From Amphiscolops sp. MND2022 (taxonomy: Eukaryota): a stretch of DNA of 64,000 bases. Both the position numbers and the translations under genes were made by a program. Positions 31,190 through 43,700 of this stretch are shown here, one piece after another. The notes under the pieces were generated by a model that saw nothing but the letters and a program-made list of their open reading frames with translations, did not search any database and was not told the origin of the DNA. The stretch covers positions 37,696,001 through 37,760,000 of the forward strand of contig OZ076410.1 of NCBI GenBank assembly GCA_964187785.1, written 5' to 3'. Every line of letters begins with the position of its first letter. The first letter of the stretch is position 1.

Positions 31190-34100
31190 TTACACAGGCC
31201 ATCGCATAAAAACTATATCAGCCAGACACTCACTCTTCATTCTGTTTTGGATGTTTTGGAGACTTGTACTAAACTCTCGACCTTCGCATATCTCGAGATC
31301 AGGAGGCAAAAGTTTTTTCCCTAGAAGGTGATTCAGTAGTAACGTTCCACGATACTTCCGAGACTTTCGATGAACTTCCAAACCAAGCCGCGGTACATGA
31401 AACATATTCGTGCTAACACTTCGTGTGAAAATTGATGAGCTCATATCAGTGAAAAAACTTTCTGCATTTTTATCAATTTCGACTCTCATTGAATGAATCG
31501 CATATTTCAAAAGTTCACGAACATAGAGATTATGAACATTCAATATACGGCTTTGTTCGAACAGCTCATCGGACGGATATCTTCGGATTTTGAAAAAGAT
31601 AATTGGCAGCACTTTCTTTTGCAGAAGTATGTCTTTCAATTTACTTTTCCTCGTGCAATCGTATACTAATAGACCGTATTGGATGATAGGTTTCATGTAA
31701 ATGTTATAATATCTGACCACTATTGAACTTTTACAAAAATGGCTCAGCCGCATTACCACTGATACATGTTTAGCCAATTTACCAAATAAACTTTGAACAA
31801 GGGCTTCGAAGGTCAAGTTTTTATCCAGGTGAACGCCCAGATAATTCACAGATTTGGTTGGAGATATGGTAGTATTTCTCACACTTTCATGCTGACAGCT
31901 CAAGAAGTGCACAAGCTCAGTCTTTCCTATATGAAGGCTCAATTTATTATTTGCCATCCACGACGTTGCTCAACTTTATCTTGAAGCGTCGAAGTAGCAT
32001 TTTCAGTCGAATATACACACAGTTAGAGTCATCTGCGTACAAGAATGGAACAATATCATCACAAGAGCTTGTAAATGTAATATCATTGACCTATATTAGG
32101 AACAATAGCCGTCCTTGAATCGATCCTTTTGGTACACCACACTCAACAACTAGGGTATTTGAATACTGATGATTGATAGCAACGCATTGGGTACGATCAT
32201 TGAGGTACAACCTGAACCATTCTAAGCTAATACCTTTCACACCACAGCTCTCTAATTTGAATAATGTGACTTCATGATTTATTGTATCAAAAGCTTTTCT
32301 TAGGTGTAATAGCGTACAAGGTACATCAAGGTGGGTATTATTCCGGATGAGTTCCGTTATGTCCGTTAGTGCTTGCAATGTACTCATTTTTGATCTGAAT
32401 CCGAATTGACGACATTAGAAAAGATTGTTTACTTGCACGAATTTATACAGTCTTTCGAAAATTACCCGCTCAAAGACTTTGCTCAGAACCGATAAAATTT
32501 GAATGGGTCTATATTTCTCACAATTGCTCTTTTCCCCATATTTGAAGATTGGAACCACTTTCGCAGCTTTCAAAATCGTCGGGAAAAAACCACTTGATAA
32601 CGATTCGTTTACAAGGTAGGTTAGTCTATCACAGATCACGACAAAGCTAACCTTTGAAATTTCAGCAGTTAGCCCATCTAATACGGCCGCTTTATGGTTC
32701 CTAAGGTTCGCTACATTTTTAGAGATTTCCAGGGAATCAGTTGGATAGAAAAAGAGAGACTTCCCATTATTAGTTAATCCTTCAGTAGTGAATGGAACAG
32801 TGGGAATTGAAGCAGCTAAAGTTTTGCTTACCGAAACGAACTTCTCATTGAACAAGTCGGTACGGCAAAATCATTCGTGTTCAATTTGTTTTCATTGCCG
32901 CGAATATGAAGTTTGCCGTTTTTCTTCTGACTATCAGTATGTCGAATCAATTCATTGGAAAAACGTATTGGAGAATTCAAAAACCGGGTACGTCGATCAT
33001 TAAAGTATTCTCGTTTATTCGACCGCAGGAGTTCGCCGACGCGATTTCTCATTTTTGTGTATTTGGTTTTGTTAGGCGGAGTGCAGTATCGGTTGTATCT
33101 GTTAAACGCGAAGTTTCGTCGGATTATCCCCTTTTTTACATCTTTGTCGATCCAAGTTTTACCTTTATGCAAGCTTTTTTTTAATCTTCGAAAATGAAAA
33201 CGTTGACAGCTGTTGTGAGTGCATCAGCCAGACTTTCTGTTAACCTATCGACGTCCTGTTCAAAATTTGACAGTTCCAGAGAATGCCCCAAGTAGTTTAA
33301 GTATTTCTCTTTTTGATACCCATTTTGAAGGAATGGCCTCGTTGCCCTGGTTTGTTGAAAACGAATGCATTGAGATCTTGTTATATCCAAATGGACAGAA
33401 GTTTTATAATGATCTGTAATGTTGGTTTGGATGACACCCATCTTAAGATTGCTTAGGCAGTCATTAAGTACTATGTGATCAAGAAGTGACTTTGGGCTAG
33501 GAGTAGCATGCGTAGGTTCTTTTATACCTTGATTACACCTATTCAATTTCAAAGAGTTTAAATACTTTTTACCAATCGCTGATGTTTCAAGTAGATAGAT
33601 TTCATGTCACCAACAAGATAACAGTTGCTTATCTGACATCAAATTTTAAGAAAAACTTCGAAGTGCTCCAAGAAGTACTGTTTATTGACCGAGGGGGAAT
33701 TTGATAAACAAACTACATTAAAAAACTTCCTTGGTGCATTACTATCTAAGACATAAAGGTTTTTTAGCTTATAATTCAACCATCCTCGTTTCGGAGCAGC
33801 AAACTAGAGATGGTTCATTCACTCCAAAAGATTCGTTCAATGTTTCAGTTTTCTCAAATTGGAGGTCGATTGATCTCATATTTAGGTGCAGATTCCATTC
33901 GTTTTCAACATTATCAGAGGTAACATTTTTGCAAAGTTCGTCACGTTTACGCTGCAATTTTTATGTTTTAAAGTATAAGTGAGAGGGCCCCCTAACAAAA
34001 ATGTAAGCTCGTCTTGCTAACAGGATATATGGAATCTGGATCCCATTCATTTAGCTTGAACAGATCCTCAAAAGTAATTTTAAAGTCATCAGTTTTATAA

Positions 34101-35300
34101 ATGACCACTTTCTCATTTCACATGACCACAGATTTGATATCGGCTCGCAATCTTAACGCTTTGCCTAATCGCGCCCGCAACCAAATGATGTCGTCGTTGA
34201 TGAAGATTTTGTCTTCACGGCTTCGGCCAATAAGTTCGATTTACTAAGTTCGAATTTCAACTAGTGCAGTAAGTTCGAATGGAATAGTTTCGAGACAACA
34301 AGTTCGAGTTTTCATTTCGGGCATATTCGGTGTAAACTGGACATCCTTCACACAAGATCCTGAGAGCTCCACCACCCAGGATCTTAAGAAATCTAAAAAC
34401 TGAAATGTGGGGCATATCCGGTGTATGCACGCTCACCCTCACCGTTGCAAAGACCAGCTCCCACTACGAACGCTTCGCGATCTCCGTTCCCGCTAGGTCT
34501 TTGCTCCTATTCAACCTCGCTTAGCAAGATGGGATCATAAGCGGCACCAAGGGGCCGCGGGGCACTAGATGAAATGGGGAAGCATCAGAGGCACGTTTTA
34601 TACTTACAGCGGTTAGTTCAAAATTCGAACACAATGATTCGAACTTGTTCCGGTTTTTGAAATATTCGAACTTAGTCCATTCGAAATTAAAATTCGAACT
34701 CATGCGTTCGAACTTATTACCCTTCCCCGTCTTCACAACCTTTCAGTAATTTTTTGTTCGCCATCAGCCCACATTTTGTTTGTCTGCGTACAAATTTCAC
34801 AATGATTGGGCGCCCATCGTCCTTTTTTCGAATTTCTGCTAGGTAGCCGATGACATATGCTGATGTTTGCTTTTGAAGGTTAGTGGCCCACTTTCATAGC
34901 AACAACAACAACTTTTTGGTAGACATCCTCGTCGACTTCTTTTGTCACTCCGAATAATCTAACATTGTTTCGCCTTGCATACTGCTCGTTAGAATCAGCG
35001 TTCATTAGGCTGGAAAGTTCACCAGTAATATGGGATTCCTCAGGGTCGTCGGACTGCTTCTCACAAAGCTCCGAAACCTCAGAAGCTGCACAGAAGCCAC
35101 ACAAAAAAGGACGATTCATGAATCCTTTGGGTATTTTTTAGGAAGCCACGAAGGGATCCACGCCACACAGCCCTTTCCGTTCTGCCCTATTTCTGTGCAT
35201 TCAATCAGGTGTGACGAGCCCTCATCTTCATCTTGACTGGATGATGCAATTCTAGCAGAAGGCATGTTTCCCTATTTAATAAGTTTATCACAACAATTAG
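31190..35300 (-). mobile_element. Degenerate APE-RT non-LTR retrotransposon (CR1/L2-like), LINE A, interrupted by a family B insertion at ~34230-34730
   Basis: ORF1-like EQYARRNNVRLFGV (34880-35119); endonuclease SLLDHI; RT KAAKVVPIFK, YRPIQILSVLSKVFER, KAFDTINH, GVPKGSIQG, LYADDS (~32030); C-terminal YLGVHLDKNLTF. Confidence 0.88.
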
Positions 35301-35779
35301 GCAGGGCATATACGAGGCATGTTTTATATTCATTTAAATTTACGTCATGAAAGCAAATCAAAATGCCGACTACAATTTTTGATATTTTGATGTTCGTCAA
35401 GGTGCATGTTCAATTCGTCGACCATTCAAAGCGTCAAAAAGGCTTTTCAATGTGTCAAAAGAATTCCATATCAGCGATTATTTTCATTCGGTTGAATTTT
35501 GTGGTGATTAGCATATTTGTTGTATGGCTCGTTTGCATCGCTCCCTCCGCCAAGTAGCAATATTGAGGCATGGCCATATTGCACGTCGCTCCGCTTAGCT
35601 TCGCTCCTGTATTTAGGGCACTAGGAGCTTGTGAACATAGCTGACTAAGTTATCGTAAATTTGAATGCTCGAGTTTGATCGGCCGAAATCAATTCATTCC
35701 ATTAGTAGTGATAGAAGTAGTAGTAAAAGACTTTATTCCATAATAAGAGGAAATTTGGATACTGACTTTTTTTGGATAA

Positions 35780-38700
35780 AATGGAAACTGATTCTTGCGC
35801 GACAGACAGAGCAGAAACACTTTATGAAAAATGAACAGCTATGCAGTAAATTCAAAGATAGCATCTTTTTTGGAGGAACGAGTTAATAGATTTCTTGAAA
35901 GCTGGGAGGGGTGATCAAAATGTAAGAAGTTCATCATAATCATCTCGTCTGCAATTCTAATTGATCTTGGGAAAAACTTGTTATCCGATTTAAATATTCT
36001 GGTTTTGGGCATCTGGAAACAAGAATTTGAACAGCGAGGTTTTGGCGGCATTGAATCTTTCATCAGTGTAAACTCAACATCAACTGTTTCGTACCAAACT
36101 TTCCAGAAGTAAACCATGTTGGCTTTAGCCAGTTTATTGCACAGCGGCAGGATGTTCAGACGACAGAGTGCTTCGTTTTACTCACCGCCTGAAACAATCC
36201 ACTTGAGGACTTTTTTCTGAAAACGTTCCGTATTTTTCAAATCAGTTATGGAGGAATGCCGTACAGGGGAGCAGTACAGTAATATAGGTAAAATCAAGGA
36301 TTTTAAGAGATGCTTTCTCCTTTCTATTGTGGTGTTGAAGGGCACATTTCGACACAGCAAATTGAAGACATTGTTGCATTTTGCTAACTTGACTCCAACA
36401 TGAGAAGATCAATTTAGTTTGGAAGAAATTACAACTCCAAGGTCGACCTGTTCTTTGACAGGTTTTATCAAGGTGCCATTGATAGTAGGAGGTTCATACC
36501 AGTTGAAATTTAAACGTTTGCATTTATTTAGGTAAAACTGTCAACTTTTTTCAAATACCCGGAGAGTTAGCCAATCAATTTCAGTTTGGATCAAAGTAGC
36601 AACTTTCGATGAATGGATTTTCTAATCATCACAAAACACAAAATAGTCTAAGCTTTGAAGATACTTGGTTATGTCGTTGAAGAACAAGATAAATAAAATT
36701 AGTCCCAAGACACTACCCTGTAGAACACCAGACGTGACATCTTTTTGATTCGAGATGGCGGAGTTGATTCCCACGCTTTGTGTACGTCCGGACAGGAATG
36801 AATTAAAAAGATAGAAACTTTTTACGAAAACAAGGAGGAAAGTTTTCTCATACGCCCATCATGGGGAACAGAGTCAAAGGCTTTCAATATGTCAAAAAAT
36901 ATTGCTAGACATGCGGTGTTTGTATCCTGCAAGCCGTAAAGGAGGTTTACATAATGTAGAAGCTGCGATGTGGTGCTCCGTTTTTTCCATAGAACCATGC
37001 TGTCGCGGGGAGTTTTTTTGGATTTTGGATAGAGAAAATTAAACAGAAAACGTTCCAATAAGAGGGTCAATTTGCTCCGAATACTAATTGGTCGATAGTT
37101 CTTTACGTCGCTAGTTGATCCAGATTTATGTAAGGCTGTCACATAACAATGTTTCCACTCGGTGGGCCAAACGGAACTACTTTTAATGCTATGGAAGAGA
37201 GCATAAACAGCTGGAGCTAAAACATGTGAACAAGATTTCAAAACAAACGAAGGGATTGTCTCTGGTACTGTAGCCAATGAATCATCGCAATCATTCAGAA
37301 GAAGTTCAAAATCCGTGACCAAAATGTCAAAATCATCAAGAAAGTTGTCGCAATTTGGAGATTTTTCGAGAGATACAGGTCGTTTAGGGTTGGAAAATGA
37401 ACTAAAATAAATATTCAAAGCTTCAGCTTCAGAAAGATCATCCACTAACAAACGTGTTTCCGTAGTACATTACTGGAGGGAACACTTTAGACTTTCTGAG
37501 GTAGTTATTCAGTCTAAAACATTCTTCTGGATTTTGTAGGTTGCATTTTTTATCGAGTAAAAATTTATCCAATTCAATTGATTCCTCCAAAGATTGTAAC
37601 ACATCTTTGATTATCAGTGAGACCGAAAGTGACCAACTTTTGGGCAGCTTTTGAAGTAAAGTTCCCCTTTGGTTGATTGAATGCAAACTATGGGATGAAT
37701 AAGAAAAGGGAACAAATGTACGTTTCGACCGTTTGAGCGAACAGGACAGTGACAAGGCATGCTGAAAATGATCATACCATAGACCGAAAACTCAATGAGT
37801 GGCAGATTTGCTGATAGCATATCATACAAAAAAGTTAGGTTTTCGTTGACAATAGCAGGTTTGAAAGAGGATTTGGAGTAGTTTTTTTGCACATGATATA
37901 GGCTCTTCGGATATTGAAACTTGTGTATGAAAAACCACAGGAAAATGATCGGAAAAAAGACTTTGGGATACTTTGAAGGATAGATTTTCCCAATTCAGGA
38001 AAATGAGATCTAAGTTATTTCCGTCATTGTGGGTTGCAACGTCAATAACTTGATTCAATCCCAAGTCGGCGAGATGAGTTAGAGCTTCGTTGTCACGACT
38101 GTTTGGAGACAAAAGGGTAGTCCAATGAATTTATATCGGGCATGTTGAAATCGCCAATTACATATAGGTCGAAGTTAGTACTTAAGTCATGTTTCACACA
38201 GAAAGAAACGAACGCAGAGTGATAAACCTTAAGGTTTTCAATAAGCACATCTATTGGAATATGATCATCATATTCCAATAGATGTGCTTATTGAAAACCT
38301 TAAGGTTTATCACTCTGCGTTCGTTTCTTTCTGTGTGAAACATGACTTAAGTACTAACTTCGACCTATATGTAATTGGCGATTTCAACATGCCCGATATA
38401 AATTCATTGGACTACCCTTTTGTCTCCAAACAGTCGTGACAACGAAGCTCTAACTCATCTCGCCGACTTGGGATTGAATCAAGTTATCTATTGAACATTA
38501 TCTTTTTACTGTAGCTTGAGCTGTAGTCTCATTTGATTATGTGGCCTTTCAAGTTGTCGTGTATCAACCTCAGAGCACTATGATAGTGCTCTGAGGTTGA
38601 TACACGACAACTTGAAAGGCCACATAATCAAATGAGACTACAGCTCAAGCTACAGTAAAAAGATAATGTTCAATAGATAAATCAATTATTGGAGGTAAAT

Positions 38701-40500
38701 TATTATGAGCAGCAATCAGCAATCCACCATGTTGGCCCACATTTCTATCCGATTCCGAGATGACTCTAATGGAAGACCCATAAAACAGCTCAGATTCATT
38801 TTTTTATAACCACATTTCAGTTAGGAAGAGCAGGTTGATATTCAAACAATTCACTAGATTTGGTAGTTTGTGATGTTTATGTTGACCCCGCAGCGATTGA
38901 TAGAAGATTGTTTATAGGAGTTAGTCACTGAGTTTCCTCACTGAGATCAACCACTTCGCCTTTGTAAAATAATTGTAGCTTTTTGATACGAAAATTAGCT
39001 CAATTTTCCCCTCGTTGATCATATTGTATCGTTTAGTCAGTAGCTTTTTTCTAACTCACGTTCCGCTCTGGTCAGGAATTTTTTGATATAAGTTTAGACG
39101 GAAGTCTTTCAAATAACGACAGGACAGTGACAAGGCATGCTGAAAATGATCATACCATAGACCGAAAACTCAATGAGTGGCAGATTTGCTGATAGCATAT
39201 CATACAAAAAAGTTAGGTTTTCGTTGACAATAGCAGGTTTGAAAGAGGATTTGGAGTAGTTTTTTTGCACATGATATAGGCTCTTCGGATATTGAAACTT
39301 GTGTATGAAAAACCACAGGAAAATGATCGGAAAAAAGACTTTGGGATACTTTGAAGGATAGATTTTCCCAATTCAGGAAAATGAGATCTAAGTTATTTCC
39401 GTCATTGTGGGTTGCAACGTCAATAACTTGATTCAATCCCAAGTCGGCGAGATGAGTTAGAGCTTCGTTGTCACGACTGTTTGGAGACAAAAGGGTAGTC
39501 CAATGAATTTATATCGGGCATGTTGAAATCGCCAATTACATATAGGTCGAAGTTAGTACTTAAGTCATGTTTCACACAGAAAGAAACGAACGCAGAGTGA
39601 TAAACCTTAAGGTTTTCAATAAGCACATCTATTGGAATATGATGATCATATTCCAATAGATGTGCTTATTGAAAACCTTAAGGTTTATCACTCTGCGTTC
39701 GTTTCTTTCTGTGTGAAACATGACTTAAGTACTAACTTCGACCTATATGTAATTGGCGATTTCAACATGCCCGATATAAATTCATTGGACTACCCTTTTG
39801 TCTCCAAACAGTCGTGACAACGAAGCTCTAACTCATCTCGCCGACTTGGGATTGAATCAAGTTATCTATTGAACATTATCTTTTTACTGTAGCTTGAGCT
39901 GTAGTCTCATTTGATTATGTGGCCTTTCAAGTTGTCGTGTATCAACCTCAGAGCACTATGATAGTGCTCTGAGGTTGATACACGACAACTTGAAAGGCCA
40001 CATAATCAAATGAGACTACAGCTCAAGCTACAGTAAAAAGATAATGTTCAATAGATAAATCAATTATTGGAGGTAAATTATTATGAGCAGCAATCAGCAA
40101 TCCACCATGTTGGCCCACATTTCTATCCGATTCCGAGATGACTCTAATGGAAGACCCATAAAACAGCTCAGATTCATTTTTTTATAACCACATTTCAGTT
40201 AGGAAGAGCAGGTTGATATTCAAACAATTCACTAGATTTGGTAGTTTGTGATGTTTATGTTGACCCCGCAGCGATTGATAGAAGATTGTTTATAGGAGTT
40301 AGTCACTGAGTTTCCTCACTGAGATCAACCACTTCGCCTTTGTAAAATAATTGTAGCTTTTTGATACGAAAATTAGCTCAATTTTCCCCTCGTTGATCAT
40401 ATTGTATCGTTTAGTCAGTAGCTTTTTTCTAACTCACGTTCCGCTCTGGTCAGGAATTTTTTGATATAAGTTTAGACGGAAGTCTTTCAAATAACGACTT
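35780..40500 (-). mobile_element. Degenerate APE-RT non-LTR retrotransposon (CR1/L2-like), LINE B, internally rearranged
   Basis: GDFNMPDI, GNNLDL, SDHFPV (APE); WKHCYVTALHKSG, NYRPIS, FDILKAFDSVPH (RT); LKSLILPILLYCSP and ERFQKK in the C-terminus. Confidence 0.88.
37740..40500. repeat. Fold-back palindromes (centres ~38266, ~38582, ~39644, ~39960) inside a 1378-bp direct duplication
   Basis: Mirror ORFs 38093-38278(-)/38254-38439(+) and 39471-39656/39632-39817; palindrome CTCAGAGCACTATGATAGTGCTCTGAG; ORFs 37822 and 39200 are identical. Confidence 0.85.
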
Positions 40501-40747
40501 CTAGCAAACATTTCTCCATTAAATAGGGGTTTTCGAGATCAGTAATGGACGACACTGTCGACGTTCATATGTATCGGGATTTTTATACTTCCCCGAGACG
40601 ACGTGCTTCTTTTATTTTACCTTCAGCTTTCTTATCTGTGATGAGTGAGGATATCACACACCCTTTCGAGTCCACGTCAGCTGGAGGCGCGACTTTTATC
40701 CTCAGGTGGACCAGTTGGTTTCAGCGTTGGTCGAGGTTTCTAAGTTG

Positions 40748-43700
40748 AACTTTCAGCAGTTAGCCCATCTAATACGGCCGCTTTATGGTTCCTAAGGTTC
40801 GCTACATTTTTAGAGATTTCCAGGGAATCAGTTGGATAGAAAAAGAGAGACTTCCCATTATTAGTTAATCCTTCAGTAGTGAATGGAACAGTGGGAATTG
40901 AAGCAGCTAAAGTTTTGCTTACCGAAACGAACTTCTCATTGAACAAGTCGGTACGGCAAAATCATTCGTGTTCAATTTGTTTTCATTGCCGCGAATATGA
41001 AGTTTGCCGTTTTTCTTCTGACTATCAGTATGTCGAATCAATTCATTGGAAAAACGTATTGGAGAATTCAAAAACCGGGTACGTCGATCATTAAAGTATT
41101 CTCGTTTATTCGACCGCAGGAGTTCGCCGACGCGATTTCTCATTTTTGTGTATTTGGTTTTGTTAGGCGGAGTGCAGTATCGGTTGTATCTGTTAAACGC
41201 GAAGTTTCGTCGGATTATCCCCTTTTTTACATCTTTGTCGATCCAAGTTTTACCTTTATGCAAGCTTTTTTTTAATCTTCGAAAATGAAAACGTTGACAG
41301 CTGTTGTGAGTGCATCAGCCAGACTTTCTGTTAACCTATCGACGTCCTGTTCAAAATTTGACAGTTCCAGAGAATGCCCCAAGTAGTTTAAGTATTTCTC
41401 TTTTTGATACCCATTTTGAAGGAATGGCCTCGTTGCCCTGGTTTGTTGAAAACGAATGCATTGAGATCTTGTTATATCCAAATGGACAGAAGTTTTATAA
41501 TGATCTGTAATGTTGGTTTGGATGACACCCAACTTAAGATTGCTTAGGCAGTCATTAAGTACTATGTGATCAAGAAGTGACTTTGGGCTAGGAGTAGCAT
41601 GCGTAGGTTCTTTTATACCTTGATTACACCTATTCAATTTCAAAGAGTTTAAATACTTTTTACCAATCGCTGATGTTTCAAGTAGATAGATTTCATGTCA
41701 CCAACAAGATAACAGTTGCTTATCTGACATCAAATTTTAAGAAAAACTTCGAAGTGCTCCAAGAAGTACTGTTTATTGACCGAGGGGGAATTTGATAAAC
41801 AAACTACATTAAAAAACTTCCTTGGTGCATTACTATCTAAGACATAAAGGTTTTTTAGCTTATAATTCAACCATCCTCGTTTCGGAGCAGCAAACTAGAG
41901 ATGGTTCATTCACTCCAAAAGATTCGTTCAATGTTTCAGTTTTCTCAAATTGGAGGTCGATTGATCTCATATTTAGGTGCAGATTCCATTCGTTTTCAAC
42001 ATTATCAGAGGTAACATTTTTGCAAAGTTCGTCACGTTTACGCTGCAATTTTTATGTTTTAAAGTATAAGTGAGAGGGCCCCCTAACAAAAATGTAAGCT
42101 CGTCTTGCTAACAGGATATATGGAATCTGGATCCCATTCATTTAGCTTGAACAGATCCTCAAAAGTAATTTTAAAGTCATCAGTTTTATAAATGACCACT
42201 TTCTCATTTCACATGACCACAGATTTGATATCGGCTCGCAATCTTAACGCTTTGCCTAATCGCGCCCGCAACCAAATGATGTCGTCGTTGATGAAGATTT
42301 TGTCTTCACGGCTTCGGCCAATAAGTTCGATTTACTAAGTTCGAATTTCAACTAGTGCAGTAAGTTCGAATGGAATAGTTTCGAGACAACAAGTTCGAGT
42401 TTTCATTTCGGGCATATTCGGTGTAAACTGGACATCCTTCACACAAGATCCTGAGAGCTCCACCACCCAGGATCTTAAGGAATCTAAAAACTGAAATGTG
42501 GGGCATATCCGGTGTATGCACGCTCACCCTCACCGTTGCAAAGACCAGCTCCCACTACGAACGCTTCGCGATCTCCGTTCCCGCTAGGTCTTTGCTCCTA
42601 TTCAACCTCGCTTAGCAAGATGGGATCATAAGCGGCACCAAGGGGCCGCGGGGCACTAGATGAAATGGGGAAGCATCAGAGGCACGTTTTATACTTACAG
42701 CGGTTAGTTCAAAATTCGAACACAATGATTCGAACTTGTTCCGGTTTTTGAAATATTCGAACTTAGTCCATTCGAAATTAAAATTCGAACTCATGCGTTC
42801 GAACTTATTACCGTGCCCCGTCTTCACAACCTTTCAGTAATTTTTTGTTCGCCATCAGCCCACATTTTGTTTTTCTGCGTACAAATTTCACAATGATTGG
42901 GCGCCCATCGTCCTTTTTTCGAATTTCTGCTAGGTAGCCGATGACATATGCTGATGTTTGCTTTTGAAGGTTAGTGGCCCACTTTCATAGCAACAACAAC
43001 AACTTTTTGGTAGACATCCTCGTCGACTTCTTTTGTCACTCCGAATAATCTAACATTGTTTCGCCTTGCATACTGCTCGTTAGAATCAGCGTTCATTAGG
43101 CTGGAAAGTTCACCAGTAATAGGGGATTCCTCAGGGTCGTCGGACTGCTTCTCACAAAGCTCCGAAACCTCAGAAGCTGCACAGAAGCCACACAAAAAAG
43201 GACGATTCATGAATCCTTTGGGTATTTTTTAGGAAGCCACGAAGGGATCCACGCCACACAGCCCTTTCCGTTCTGCCCTATTCCTGTGCATTCAATCAGG
43301 TTTGATGAGCCCTCATCTTCATCTTGACTGGATGATGCAATTCTAGCAGAAGGCATGTTTCCCTATTTAATAAGTTTATCACAACAATTAGGCAGGGCAT
43401 ATACGAGGCATGTTTTATATTCATTTAAATTTACGTCATGAAAGCAAATCAAAATGCCGACTACAATTTTTGATATTTTGATGTTCGTCAAGGTGCATGT
43501 TCAATTCGTCGACCATTCAAAGCGTCAAAAAAGCTTTTCAATGTGTCAAAAGAATTCCATATCAGCGATTATTTTCATTTGGTTGAATTTTGTGGTGATT
43601 AGCATATTTGTTGTATGGCTCGTTTGCATCGCTCCCTCCGCCAAGTAGCAATATTGAGGCATGGCCATATTGCACGTCGCTCCGCTTAGCTTCGCTCCTG

